This document shows positions 1-8,726 of a stretch of DNA of 20,000 nt, in pieces. Position 1 is the first letter of the stretch; every line of letters starts with the position of its first letter. This stretch comes from an uncultured virus (IMG/VR IMGVR_UViG_3300021256_000092) (lineage: Duplodnaviria > Heunggongvirae > Uroviricota > Caudoviricetes): the IMG/VR virus record IMGVR_UViG_3300021256_000092, one strand, 5' to 3'. The notes under the pieces were generated by a model that saw only the letters and a list, made by a program, of their open reading frames with translations, was not told the origin of the DNA and made no database searches. The position numbers and the translations under genes are program-made.

Positions 1-1
1 T

Positions 2-64
2 GAGACTCCTGTAGAGCAAGTCCGTAAAGAAGTAACTGGTCAAAATGGTGGCGGAGATATATAA
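2..64 (+). CDS. 3' end of upstream gene, probably portal protein (partial)
   Basis: Open frame ETPVEQVRKEVTGQNGGGDI* ending TAA 62-64; lies directly upstream of scaffold and capsid. Identity inferred from synteny only. Confidence 0.5.
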   Translation, partial: ETPVEQVRKEVTGQNGGGDI

Positions 65-75
65 TCATAAAAGTT

Positions 76-113
76 CACAGGAAGCCCTAACTACTAGATT
101 TTGGGATTTTTGT
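76..113 (+). terminator. Weak imperfect hairpin, possible terminator
   Basis: cacaggaagccc ... gggatttttgtg pairs with G-U wobbles and mismatches, right after the stop at 64. Confidence 0.3.
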
Positions 114-152
114 GTGTTAGTATAAATTTAAAGTCAAATGGAGGAAAAATTA

Positions 153-971
153 ATGAAGTATTCTAATCGTGGCATTTTCGTAGGAATGAGTAGTGAATTT
201 GCAAAGGCAATGTTTGGCAAGATGATGCTCAATGCTAGAGCAGAGGAAAATCCTAATCCCAATTCTAATCCCGACCCCAACAATCCAAATGGTGGCAATC
301 CGACACCCGCACCCACAATCAATTATGAAGACCTTATTTCTAAAGCGCGGGCAGAAGAAAAAGCGAAACAGTACAAAGAGATTGAGAGGTTAAAGACTCA
401 GATTCAGACCCTTACTGAACAGCATAACAAGGATTTGCTTGTTGTAGCTGAACTGAATGAGAAGAGTAAGGCGCTTGAGACTAAACTTACAGAAGCGGGC
501 AAGGGAGATACCGAACAGGTTAAGACTCTTAAGAGTGAGATTGAGAACCTTAAGACACAGGTTTCAACTCTTACTGCTGAAAACGAGGAACTTAAGAAGA
601 ACACCGTTGAAGAGTCCGAGGTAGAAGCTAGAGTAAGAGCACAGTTAGAGGCAGAGTACACAGTAAAGAACCACAAGGTTGAAATCCTTGCACAGCATAA
701 GGATGATTTGCTTGTCCCCGAGCTTGTTATGGGTGATACAGTTGAAGCACTTGATGCATCACTTGAACAGGCTCTTAAGAGAAGTGAAGAAATCCGTGCT
801 AAGATTGGCGGTACTAAGGAGAAGAAGACAACGACCCCTACAACACGTACTGCAAAGAGTCCGAGTGCAGGTGGTGATTCTATAGGAAACTATTCTGCTG
901 AGTATATCGCTTCTTTAGACCCACGTTCTGAGGAATATAAAGAGTTCCGCAAGAAATTGGGTTTAAGATAA
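153..971 (+). CDS. Capsid scaffolding protein
   Basis: GGAGG at 140-144 favours ATG 153 over ATG 138. N/P-rich linker, long E/K coiled coil, basic C-terminal helix (YKEFRKKLGLR); immediately precedes the capsid gene. Confidence 0.85.
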   Translation: MKYSNRGIFVGMSSEFAKAMFGKMMLNARAEENPNPNSNPDPNNPNGGNPTPAPTINYEDLISKARAEEKAKQYKEIERLKTQIQTLTEQHNKDLLVVAELNEKSKALETKLTEAGKGDTEQVKTLKSEIENLKTQVSTLTAENEELKKNTVEESEVEARVRAQLEAEYTVKNHKVEILAQHKDDLLVPELVMGDTVEALDASLEQALKRSEEIRAKIGGTKEKKTTTPTTRTAKSPSAGGDSIGNYSAEYIASLDPRSEEYKEFRKKLGLR

Positions 972-1035
972 ATAAGAAGAACTGCAACCAAAACCATTAA
1001 ATAAAAAGCTACAATTTCCTAGGAGGTTAGTGTAA

Positions 1036-2088
1036 ATGAAAAAGTACACACTTTTGGCATTAATTCGTGCTTTAGCACTTAATGCTTCTTTAGCAATTAA
1101 TGCTTATGCTGATGTTACAACTGCGGTCTCAACTGAGAATCAGGGTGTTCCACTTTCAGCGGCAATTCGTGCAGTATATTCAAATGAAATCGAGTTCAAG
1201 GCTCTTCCACTCATGCGTTTCGCTCAGTTCGCTACTGAGAAAACAGAGTTAGGAACACAGCCGGGTCTTTCCATCTCAATGCTGTCATATGACAACCTTA
1301 AGCTTGGTGGCAAGCTTGTTGAGAATGTGCCTATGCAGTCACAGGCTCTTGCAGGTTCTCTCAAGCAGATTACCGTTACTGAGCATGGTAACGCAGTATC
1401 AAATTCTGAACTTCTCATTGAGTCTTCTTTCGATGATGTTATGGCTACAACCACAACTCTTCTTGGCAGAGACTACGCTATGGTTCTTGATACAGAGCTT
1501 CGTGATACAGCTCTTTCGGGAACAAATGTAATCTACGCAAGAAAAGCGAACGGAACAGTAGTTACAAGCAGAGCAGGTCTTATCGACGAGTGTACCTTTA
1601 AGGTATCTACTGTTAAGGATGCTCTTGAGATTCTTTCAACAAACAATGCTCCAAAGCGTGAGGGCTATTGGATTTGCTTTGTTCACCCACATCAGAGCAG
1701 AGGTCTCAGAGATGATTCTACTTGGATAAATGCCTCAAACTACGGCGCTCCCGAACAGCTTTTCAATGGTGAGATTGGAAGAATTGATGATACTCGTTTC
1801 ATTGAGACTTCTATCATGTCAAACGGCGCAGCTTCCGCAACAAATCCGGCTTATGATGAGACTCTTGTTCACGGCTATGAAGATGCAGACCACAATGTAA
1901 ACGCAGTTGATGTTTACAAGGCTTGTATCTTTGGTGACAGATACTACGGTATCGCTTGGGCGCTTCCTGTAGAGCTGAGAGATAATGGCATACAGGACTA
2001 CGGACGTACACGTTCCCTTGCTTGGTACGCTATCTATGGTACAGGCATTCTGAACAATGATTACGGTGTAGTTATCGAGACAGCCTAA
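1036..2088 (+). CDS. Major capsid protein (N4 gp56-like, HK97 fold)
   Basis: AGGAGG 1021-1026; 350 aa; motifs CFVHPHQSRGL, LFNGEIGRIDDTRFIET, DYGRTRSLAWY typical of N4-gp56-family capsids; follows scaffold. Confidence 0.9.
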   Translation: MKKYTLLALIRALALNASLAINAYADVTTAVSTENQGVPLSAAIRAVYSNEIEFKALPLMRFAQFATEKTELGTQPGLSISMLSYDNLKLGGKLVENVPMQSQALAGSLKQITVTEHGNAVSNSELLIESSFDDVMATTTTLLGRDYAMVLDTELRDTALSGTNVIYARKANGTVVTSRAGLIDECTFKVSTVKDALEILSTNNAPKREGYWICFVHPHQSRGLRDDSTWINASNYGAPEQLFNGEIGRIDDTRFIETSIMSNGAASATNPAYDETLVHGYEDADHNVNAVDVYKACIFGDRYYGIAWALPVELRDNGIQDYGRTRSLAWYAIYGTGILNNDYGVVIETA

Positions 2089-2110
2089 GTCTTAGAAAGC
2101 GAGGGTGCTT

Positions 2111-2488
2111 ATGTCTAAGAAATATAACTATATCAAACAGGCTATTTTCTATGCTAACGAAAAGCCCGATATGCTTGCAAAGCTCCTTGAGGGAGTTGTT
2201 TCCGATGTAGTTGCAAAGACAGAACTTTTCGGGGCAGATTCAATCGAGATTCCCACAGGTGAAACACCTAATACTTCAACCTACACAGCAAAGACTTTCA
2301 GCCAGTTCGGTGATGAGATGACTACTCCGCCTACAATTACTCTGAAAGCAGAAGTAACAGGTGTTACTTTAAGTGAGGGTGTTGTAAGCGTTGCTAGTAC
2401 AGCGACAGCTGAGTCCTTTACTCTTGTAGCAACAAGCGGTTCTGTTACATCAGAAAAGGTAGTAGCATTGAAAGTTGCTAATGCGTAA
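2111..2488 (+). CDS. Putative capsid decoration protein with Ig-like beta domain
   Basis: GAGGG at 2101-2105 favours ATG 2111; T/V/S-rich beta-strand pattern (GVTLSEGVVSV...FTLVATSG); between capsid gene and a terminator. Confidence 0.55.
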   Translation: MSKKYNYIKQAIFYANEKPDMLAKLLEGVVSDVVAKTELFGADSIEIPTGETPNTSTYTAKTFSQFGDEMTTPPTITLKAEVTGVTLSEGVVSVASTATAESFTLVATSGSVTSEKVVALKVANA

Positions 2489-2500
2489 ATGTAAATTTTA

Positions 2501-2540
2501 GGGGAGAGGGAGACTATAATCTTCCCTCTCCTTATTTTTT
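2501..2540 (+). terminator. Rho-independent terminator
   Basis: ggagaggga ... tccctctcc 9-bp stem followed by ttatttttt. Confidence 0.85.
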
Positions 2541-2555
2541 AGGAGGAATTTTATC

Positions 2556-2900
2556 ATGGCATTTAAGAAGAATAAGAAAACTGAGGAAGCTGTTGAGACT
2601 AACAACATCGAGATTAATGATGCAGTAGAGAATGCAGAAGAGACACCACAGGAGAGCGCAGAAGAGACTCCAAACGTGGAGAATGTAGATGCCAAGCCTG
2701 TTGTTGAGGTAAATCTTTCAGCGCCGAAAGAAGATGAGAGGACAGAAGTAAAAGAAAAGACCACCCGCATTAAGATGAAAGTAGACCACAAGTGCTTTAT
2801 CGGCGGTCAGTGGTATTATCTCGATAAGGGAGAGATTTACAATGTGCCTTTCAATGTTAAAGCTATTCTTTGCAGAGCGGGAGTTTTAGACCCACTTTGA
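2556..2900 (+). CDS. Small head-associated hypothetical protein
   Basis: AGGAGG 2541-2546; acidic N-terminus with repeated AEETP, compact C-terminal domain (HKCFIGGQWYYLDKG). Confidence 0.7.
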   Translation: MAFKKNKKTEEAVETNNIEINDAVENAEETPQESAEETPNVENVDAKPVVEVNLSAPKEDERTEVKEKTTRIKMKVDHKCFIGGQWYYLDKGEIYNVPFNVKAILCRAGVLDPL

Positions 2901-2921
2901 TTTTAATGCGGAGGTAAGTCG

Positions 2922-3752
2922 ATGATTTTTACGCAACAGGAGTTGATACAAGCATTAAGACTTGCAGTTAATGTTGATAATCAAGAACAGGGAGTAGATG
3001 GAAGACTTAATATGACAGATGATGAGTTGATGCTCTTCATTAAATTAGGTCTTTCAGAAGTGTACCCATCTTGTGAGACCCTTGATGATTTATCTATTGG
3101 TGCAGATTACCCTATTATCCTTGTATCTAAAAAGGAACTCTATCTCAAACTCGCTGTTACTTATGCTCCTTGGTATAATATTGCCGCTGAGGGTGGAAAT
3201 ACCCTTTCCCGCTCACAGAGATTTGAGCATTTTATGAAGCTTGCAGAGAATGCGCAAGATGAGTATGAGAATTGGCAGAAGACAGACGGAGATATAGACC
3301 CCGAGACAGGAATTTCGGGAGTGAGAACTTATGATGTAAGACTCAATAAGAATCACTATACTGAGAGAAACTACATTTTGGCTAAAGCTCCTGTAGTGAG
3401 AATAAAGATTGCAGAGGTTACAAATGACAGTGTTTCTTTCTCTTGGAGTTCTGCGGGAAATGACCATTTCGGAAAATACCTCGTTTATCTTAGTGAAAGT
3501 CCTGTAGTAGATATGTACCTTGACGGTTCAAAAGCAGAGAATAAGATAGCCGAGGGTGCTACACTTGTTCTGTCTACAATGGACTTCCACAATAACTACA
3601 AGAGAGTTTCGGGATTGAAAGCTGATACTACTTATTATCTCGCTGTTTTCTCAATAGAGCGCAATCAGAGATTCGGCTATAAAGAAAAAGAATTCAGAAC
3701 TGCCGAAGAGTTTGTGGCAGAAGAAACCTCAGTTGATAGTATCGGGGGTTAA
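2922..3752 (+). CDS. Putative head-tail adaptor with C-terminal fibronectin type III-like domain
   Basis: Helical N-terminal part in the adaptor position; C-terminal VTNDSVSFSW...YLVY...VSGLKADTTYYLAV matches the FN3 pattern. Confidence 0.6.
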   Translation: MIFTQQELIQALRLAVNVDNQEQGVDGRLNMTDDELMLFIKLGLSEVYPSCETLDDLSIGADYPIILVSKKELYLKLAVTYAPWYNIAAEGGNTLSRSQRFEHFMKLAENAQDEYENWQKTDGDIDPETGISGVRTYDVRLNKNHYTERNYILAKAPVVRIKIAEVTNDSVSFSWSSAGNDHFGKYLVYLSESPVVDMYLDGSKAENKIAEGATLVLSTMDFHNNYKRVSGLKADTTYYLAVFSIERNQRFGYKEKEFRTAEEFVAEETSVDSIGG

Positions 3753-3754
3753 AG

Positions 3755-4285
3755 ATGGATAAAGATATTAGAGACGCTTTCCTTGATGGTACACAAGAAG
3801 TCTTTTCTATCCTGTTCACAGATGGATTGAATGATGGAATAAATCTCTACCTTATGGACTTAGAACACACAATTCCGAGTCCATACGGAGAGACTAAAGT
3901 TAAGTACTATCATAAGCCTGTAAGACTTGTATCAAAAATGCGGTCTTCAATGACAGAAAGAACCGTAGCAATAGCAGACTTGGATATACATGAAGAGCCA
4001 AATTTTGTTGTTACGGCGAAAGATTGTATTCTGAAAAATATCCCGCATGAGACAGAGGAAGATTTTGAATACCTCAGAAAGTCATACATAGAGTATAAGG
4101 GGTCTTTCTATAAAGTAGATAATGTGAGACTCAGAGGATATGTTGAAGATACATTTCTATTCATAGTTTTTGTCTGTGAAATAGATTTAGACGTTCATTC
4201 CTTAATGGTGTGTGAAGAACCACAAGAAGAGACAGCAGAAGTTTCTGTAGAAGAGAGTACTCAAGATGAGCCACAAGAGGAATAA
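3755..4285 (+). CDS. Putative head closure / neck protein
   Basis: Position between adaptor and neck gene; YIEYKGSFYKVDNV beta motif; acidic tail. Confidence 0.5.
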   Translation: MDKDIRDAFLDGTQEVFSILFTDGLNDGINLYLMDLEHTIPSPYGETKVKYYHKPVRLVSKMRSSMTERTVAIADLDIHEEPNFVVTAKDCILKNIPHETEEDFEYLRKSYIEYKGSFYKVDNVRLRGYVEDTFLFIVFVCEIDLDVHSLMVCEEPQEETAEVSVEESTQDEPQEE

Positions 4286-4287
4286 TC

Positions 4288-4764
4288 ATGGGCTTTAAAT
4301 TAGAAATGCGCGGGGATTGGAACAGAGCAGGTATCTTTATGAAGAACCTTGCAGTAAAACTATTCCCCGCTTATGAAGCAAAATTTTATGAAGATGGAAA
4401 TATGATACTTGAGAAGATACGTGGTCACATATCTTCTCAAGATTTGGATTGGGCTGAATTATCACCACATACAATAGAATTAAAAGGTGGTGATGATACT
4501 ATCTACGTTGAGACAGGGAAGCTCAGAGATGGGCTTGAAGTAAGAAGAGTAAAGTCTGTAGCTAGAGGAGTAAGCATCTTTGTAGGAGCATCACCATGGA
4601 AGAAGCATGACGGAGTCCCCTTTGACAGTCTTATGATTTGGCTAGAGTATGGTACTGATAGAATGCCCGCAAGACCTTTGATAAGACCCACGTATGAAGA
4701 GGTTAAAGATTTAATCACTAAAGAGTGGGAAGCTGAGTTGAAAGATATAATACATAAGTGTTAA
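4288..4764 (+). CDS. HK97 gp10-like / virion morphogenesis neck protein
   Basis: Motifs ETGKLR and EYGTDRMPARP characteristic of this family. Confidence 0.75.
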   Translation: MGFKLEMRGDWNRAGIFMKNLAVKLFPAYEAKFYEDGNMILEKIRGHISSQDLDWAELSPHTIELKGGDDTIYVETGKLRDGLEVRRVKSVARGVSIFVGASPWKKHDGVPFDSLMIWLEYGTDRMPARPLIRPTYEEVKDLITKEWEAELKDIIHKC

Positions 4765-4776
4765 GGAGTAAGTACT

Positions 4777-5370
4777 ATGTCTTCAAATGTTTGGTATCAA
4801 GAAGTTGATATGGGGCTTGTGAATGAAATCCGTTCAAGTGTGAAATACATAAATGAGAGCGGAGAAGAAGTTGCAATCAAGCCTAAAGCTGTTTGGGTGA
4901 GAGACCCCGAAGAAGAATTTAAGGAAGAGAATTATCCGTGTGTGACAGTATCTTCTTTGTATGATAGATTTGACCCAAAGAGATGGAGTATAAATCCGTC
5001 TTTCATAGGAATTGATAAGCCTAACAATCAGATTATCCTACAAGACCCATCAGTTCCTTATAATCTGTTTTATCAGATTGATTTTTGGGCGCGATATAAA
5101 GAAGACATTAACTGTATGACAAGAACATGGTTACAGAATCATAATAGAGCATTCAATCTTACAGTTACAGATGATGGCGGTGAAGTAAGAAGTTGTAATG
5201 CAATCAAGAATGAGGATATGAAGACAAGTAACCTAGTTAAAGTAGGTAAGAGACTCTTCCACTCCTTTATTTCTTACTCGATATGGGTAGAATTAGACCC
5301 GAATATAAATTATAATAAACCTATGGTTGCAGTAGTAAGTATTGATGCTCAAGAACAGGAGGGAACTTAA
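4777..5370 (+). CDS. Putative tail terminator / completion protein
   Basis: YPCVTV...PYNLFYQIDFWA pattern; position just upstream of the sheath. Confidence 0.6.
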   Translation: MSSNVWYQEVDMGLVNEIRSSVKYINESGEEVAIKPKAVWVRDPEEEFKEENYPCVTVSSLYDRFDPKRWSINPSFIGIDKPNNQIILQDPSVPYNLFYQIDFWARYKEDINCMTRTWLQNHNRAFNLTVTDDGGEVRSCNAIKNEDMKTSNLVKVGKRLFHSFISYSIWVELDPNINYNKPMVAVVSIDAQEQEGT

Positions 5371-5595
5371 ATGTCTTTTGTTCTAAAGAATGTGAGTGTG
5401 AACAGACCTATTTGTTATACACTCAATGATGGTAAGACCACTTTAAGGCTCGACCCAAAAGAGTCTACCACAATCGAGGATAATCAGTTAGATGATTACC
5501 TTAAGAATTTATCTAAGGCAAAATTTTTAATCATCACACACAAGGATGATAAGAAGGATGCTAAAAAGAGTAACTCTTCTTCCAAGAAGAATTAA
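5371..5595 (+). CDS. Small hypothetical protein preceding sheath
   Basis: 74 aa; GGAGG upstream; abuts previous stop; lysine-rich C-terminus. Confidence 0.65.
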   Translation: MSFVLKNVSVNRPICYTLNDGKTTLRLDPKESTTIEDNQLDDYLKNLSKAKFLIITHKDDKKDAKKSNSSSKKN

Positions 5596-5606
5596 GGAGG
5601 AATAAT

Positions 5607-7043
5607 ATGGATTTGAATAGACCTGATGTGTACTTACAGGACGTTAAAACAGGCGCTTCACCTATTCAGTCTGCTTCCACCACTATTGGTATTCTCATTG
5701 GCGCCGCTAGAAGTGGTGTTGTCGGTGAGCCTGTACTCTGTGGTTCATGGACTGAGTTCATAGCGAACTTTGCTAATGGTCTTGAGACACCTTTCATGTC
5801 AAATAGTGACCTTCCTTATGCAGTTTATGACTTCTTTGCAAATGGCGGACAGCAGGTATATGTTGTTCGTGTAGCAAGTGATTCTGCGACAAAAGCATCT
5901 GTAACAGGTGCTACAAATACAGACCTTACGATAACTGCGAAGTATAAGGGAGTGTCCTCGACAGTAGTTAAAATCAAGAAGAATGAGGATTGGACGGATG
6001 CTAACAAGCTGTTTGATGTAACTATTTCTGCATCTTCCGCAGAAGACGGAACTGTTACAATCAAGGAAGTTACTCCTAGTACAATCGTTAATGCTATCAA
6101 CTCCAACACTTTTGCAAAAGAATGGGTGGTAGCTTCGGGTAATGTAACAACCCTTGCAGAAGAGACAATGACACTCATTGGTGGTGTTGACAATGTTGCG
6201 GGATATACAGATTCCGTTTATATTGGCGGGCTTTCTGCTTGTGATACAATAGATGATGCTTCATTTATTGCAATCCCCGGACAGACTTCTGTGGCTGTAC
6301 ATGATGCGATTATGACTTATGCAGACAATCATAAGTTATTCCCTATTCTTGACCCGCCAGTTAATTCAGAAGTTAAGGCTGTTAAGACCTACAGAAAGAG
6401 CATCAGCGCTTTCACGGGTGCTTTACCCTATCCTTGGATTTATATGTATGACCCACTCACTGAGACAAACAAGCTGATACCGCCATCAGGCTTCTACATG
6501 GGTGTATCTGCAAGAATCATCGGTGAGAGAGGTGTAGGAAAAGCACCTGCGGGAACAGAAGCAGTTGTACGTGGAGCAGTTGCACTTGAAAGAGTCCTTA
6601 CAGATTCCGACATTTCACAGCTTAACCCTGTGGGCGTTGTCTGCATCGTACCAAAAACAGGCGCGGGAATTGTAGTTTGGGGAGCAAGAAGTCTGAGTTC
6701 AGATGCACAGATGAAATACGTAAGTGATGGGCACATCAATTACAATATCAAGAAGTCTCTGTACCGTGGAACACAGTTCGCAGTATTTGAGTCAAATGAC
6801 GAAGCTCTTTGGAGCAGAGTAAGGGCTACCTGTACAGACTTCCTTGAGACCTTGAGAATCAACAAGGTTCTGAAAGGTAGTACTCCCGCAGAAGCATATT
6901 ATGTTGTATGTGACAGCACAAACAATACACAGACTTCAATCGACAACGGCATTCTCTATGTTGATATTGGTTATGCTCCTCAGAAGCCCGCAGAATTTAT
7001 CGTCTTTAGGTTAGCACATAACATGGCTAACGCATCAGCATAA
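5607..7043 (+). CDS. Contractile tail sheath protein
   Basis: RPDVYLQ, DFFANGG-x-YVVRV, IPPSG, VVWGARSL, VFESNDEALW, GYAPQKPAEFIVFR sheath motifs. Confidence 0.95.
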   Translation: MDLNRPDVYLQDVKTGASPIQSASTTIGILIGAARSGVVGEPVLCGSWTEFIANFANGLETPFMSNSDLPYAVYDFFANGGQQVYVVRVASDSATKASVTGATNTDLTITAKYKGVSSTVVKIKKNEDWTDANKLFDVTISASSAEDGTVTIKEVTPSTIVNAINSNTFAKEWVVASGNVTTLAEETMTLIGGVDNVAGYTDSVYIGGLSACDTIDDASFIAIPGQTSVAVHDAIMTYADNHKLFPILDPPVNSEVKAVKTYRKSISAFTGALPYPWIYMYDPLTETNKLIPPSGFYMGVSARIIGERGVGKAPAGTEAVVRGAVALERVLTDSDISQLNPVGVVCIVPKTGAGIVVWGARSLSSDAQMKYVSDGHINYNIKKSLYRGTQFAVFESNDEALWSRVRATCTDFLETLRINKVLKGSTPAEAYYVVCDSTNNTQTSIDNGILYVDIGYAPQKPAEFIVFRLAHNMANASA

Positions 7044-7055
7044 GGAGGTAGAGAA

Positions 7056-7532
7056 ATGAATAAGCTTTATAATTTCATCAAGAATATTTCCATAAATGCT
7101 GAGGCAGTTCGTTCCTTTGAAGCTGACCCATTACAGGCATTCAGATTCAGAGTTTCAATCCCCGGCATTCCATCACAGGTGGGATTTCAGAAAGTCGGCG
7201 GTCTGAGCAGAGAGATGGAAGTCGCAACTTACATCGAGAATATGTTCGACCATGAACACAAATTGCCGGGAAGAGAAAAGGTAGGAGATGTAACCTTTGA
7301 GAGAGGTATGTATGCTGATTCTTACTTACAGAGTCAGTATGAGAGCATCTTTACAAACAGGGCGAAAAGAACTACAGTCGTGGTTCAGATTGTAGACCGC
7401 TTTGGAAACATCCGTAAAGAGTTCAGATGTGCAGAAGCTTGGTTCAGCAAGTATGAATGCGGAGACCTCGATGCATCTTCAAATGATGTTATCATCGAAA
7501 CTCTTACAATGGTTTTTGAGTATTTCCTGTAA
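7056..7532 (+). CDS. Tail tube protein, T4 gp19-like
   Basis: AAGGAGG upstream; DPLQAFRFRV, GFQKVGGL, KLPGR, VTFERG, LDASSNDVIIETLT motifs. Confidence 0.92.
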   Translation: MNKLYNFIKNISINAEAVRSFEADPLQAFRFRVSIPGIPSQVGFQKVGGLSREMEVATYIENMFDHEHKLPGREKVGDVTFERGMYADSYLQSQYESIFTNRAKRTTVVVQIVDRFGNIRKEFRCAEAWFSKYECGDLDASSNDVIIETLTMVFEYFL

Positions 7533-7556
7533 AATACTTTCAAAACTGCATAGACT

Positions 7557-7590
7557 AAGAAATCCCCTCGCTTGTGCGTGGGGATTTTTT
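7557..7590 (+). terminator. Rho-independent terminator
   Basis: aaatcccc-t-cgc / ttgt loop / gcg-t-ggggattt with a T run; follows the tube gene. Confidence 0.85.
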
Positions 7591-7639
7591 GATATATACT
7601 TTTTACATAACAGAATAACGCATTAAACGGAGGTTTATT

Positions 7640-8491
7640 ATGGCATTAAAGAAAACAGATGATGTTCGCAAGAGTACTGAGGAAGTTATCGACGAGATTG
7701 AGAATGAAGAGTACCGAAAAGATTTGGGTTCTGTAGTTGTTGATGAAAATGGTATTGTGAGAGATGAGGAACTCCTCTGTCCCGAAGAGTATGAGGGTCA
7801 GCTTATCAATACTTTCTCTTACCGTGAAATGAACGGTAAAGATGAAGAAGCCATTAACAAAGCAGAAGTAAAAGTTAATGGCGGAAAGCTTGTCAATGTT
7901 CTACTTGAGAGAACAGTAGTAGCACTTGGCTCAATCACGAAGAAAGAACTCGGGCAGAGAAAGTGGGGAGAACTTATCCGTAGCCTTACAGGTGGTAATC
8001 TTGACTACATGATGACCCGAGTAAGAAAGATTTCAAAAGGCGCTACAGTAAAGTTTACTCACAAATGCCCTAATTGTGGTACACTAATAACAACAGAAGT
8101 GGATATAGATGAGTTTGAGATTACTCCATTCTTAGGAGAAAAGAATATTCCTTTTGAACTTCCATACAAGGGGTATAAAGATACAAAGGGAATATATCAC
8201 AAGACAGGAACACTCAGACTCGCTAATGGTTTTGACCGTGAAGTTATCTATCCACTTATGAAGAAGAATAATGTTTCTGCGGAAACAGTTCTTATGACAA
8301 GGCTCATGTCCTTTGATGATGGCACTCCTGTTATTCAGAATAATGTGAGTGAGATGTCTTTGAGGGATAGAGATTATATTGTTGATTTGATAAAGGAGAA
8401 TGTATTCGGCATTAAGCCCGTTCTTGATGTTGAATGCCCTAACTGCGGAGAAACTTTAAGTGGAGAAGTAGGACAGTCTGATTTTTTCTAA
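7640..8491 (+). CDS. Tail assembly chaperone (lambda gpG position) with two CPNC motifs
   Basis: Between tube and tape measure; two CPNCG motifs; ends on slippery T TTT TTC. Confidence 0.8.
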   Translation: MALKKTDDVRKSTEEVIDEIENEEYRKDLGSVVVDENGIVRDEELLCPEEYEGQLINTFSYREMNGKDEEAINKAEVKVNGGKLVNVLLERTVVALGSITKKELGQRKWGELIRSLTGGNLDYMMTRVRKISKGATVKFTHKCPNCGTLITTEVDIDEFEITPFLGEKNIPFELPYKGYKDTKGIYHKTGTLRLANGFDREVIYPLMKKNNVSAETVLMTRLMSFDDGTPVIQNNVSEMSLRDRDYIVDLIKENVFGIKPVLDVECPNCGETLSGEVGQSDFF

Positions 8492-8703
8492 CAAAGTTTC
8501 TGAGTTTTTTGCATGATGATATTATTCAGAACACGGACTTAATGATGACTATTGATGAGATTCATATTCTCGCATACTTTTATCATTGGGGCGCAACAGA
8601 ATGTTGGGAGATGCCATTAAGTAAAAGAGGGGTGTTCGTAGATAAAATCAAAGCGCAATTAAAAGCAGAAAGAAAGGCTATGAGACAGAAACCTAAATCA
8701 TAA
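8482..8703 (+). CDS. -1 frame extension of tail chaperone (gpGT-like; DUF6760/GpE-like segment)
   Basis: -1 frame open from 8482 to TAA 8703; ORF-track start is a TTG with no SD; EIHILAYFYHWG...EMPLSKR motif. Confidence 0.75.
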   Translation, partial: FFLTKFLSFLHDDIIQNTDLMMTIDEIHILAYFYHWGATECWEMPLSKRGVFVDKIKAQLKAERKAMRQKPKS

Positions 8704-8726
8704 TCAGCATATCATCGGAGGTATCT

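Noticed and set aside
138..152. Scaffold start at ATG 138
   Set aside because: That ATG overlaps the GGAGG SD, which is correctly spaced for ATG 153.
153..1110. Prp (L27 protease) cleavage motif on scaffold/capsid
   Set aside because: No LQ[FL]FA-like sequence; the leaders end in N-A-x-A instead.
2080..2111. Frameshift fusing capsid to the downstream Ig-like ORF
   Set aside because: The downstream frame has TAG at 2093-2095, no slippery site is present, and the ORF has its own SD.
2111..2160. Leader motif in the decoration protein (MSKKYNYIKQAIFYA) and in ORF 17920 (VSLALA)
   Set aside because: MSKKYNYIK resembles the tube start MNKLYNFIK, but neither protein has N-A-x-A; too weak to count.
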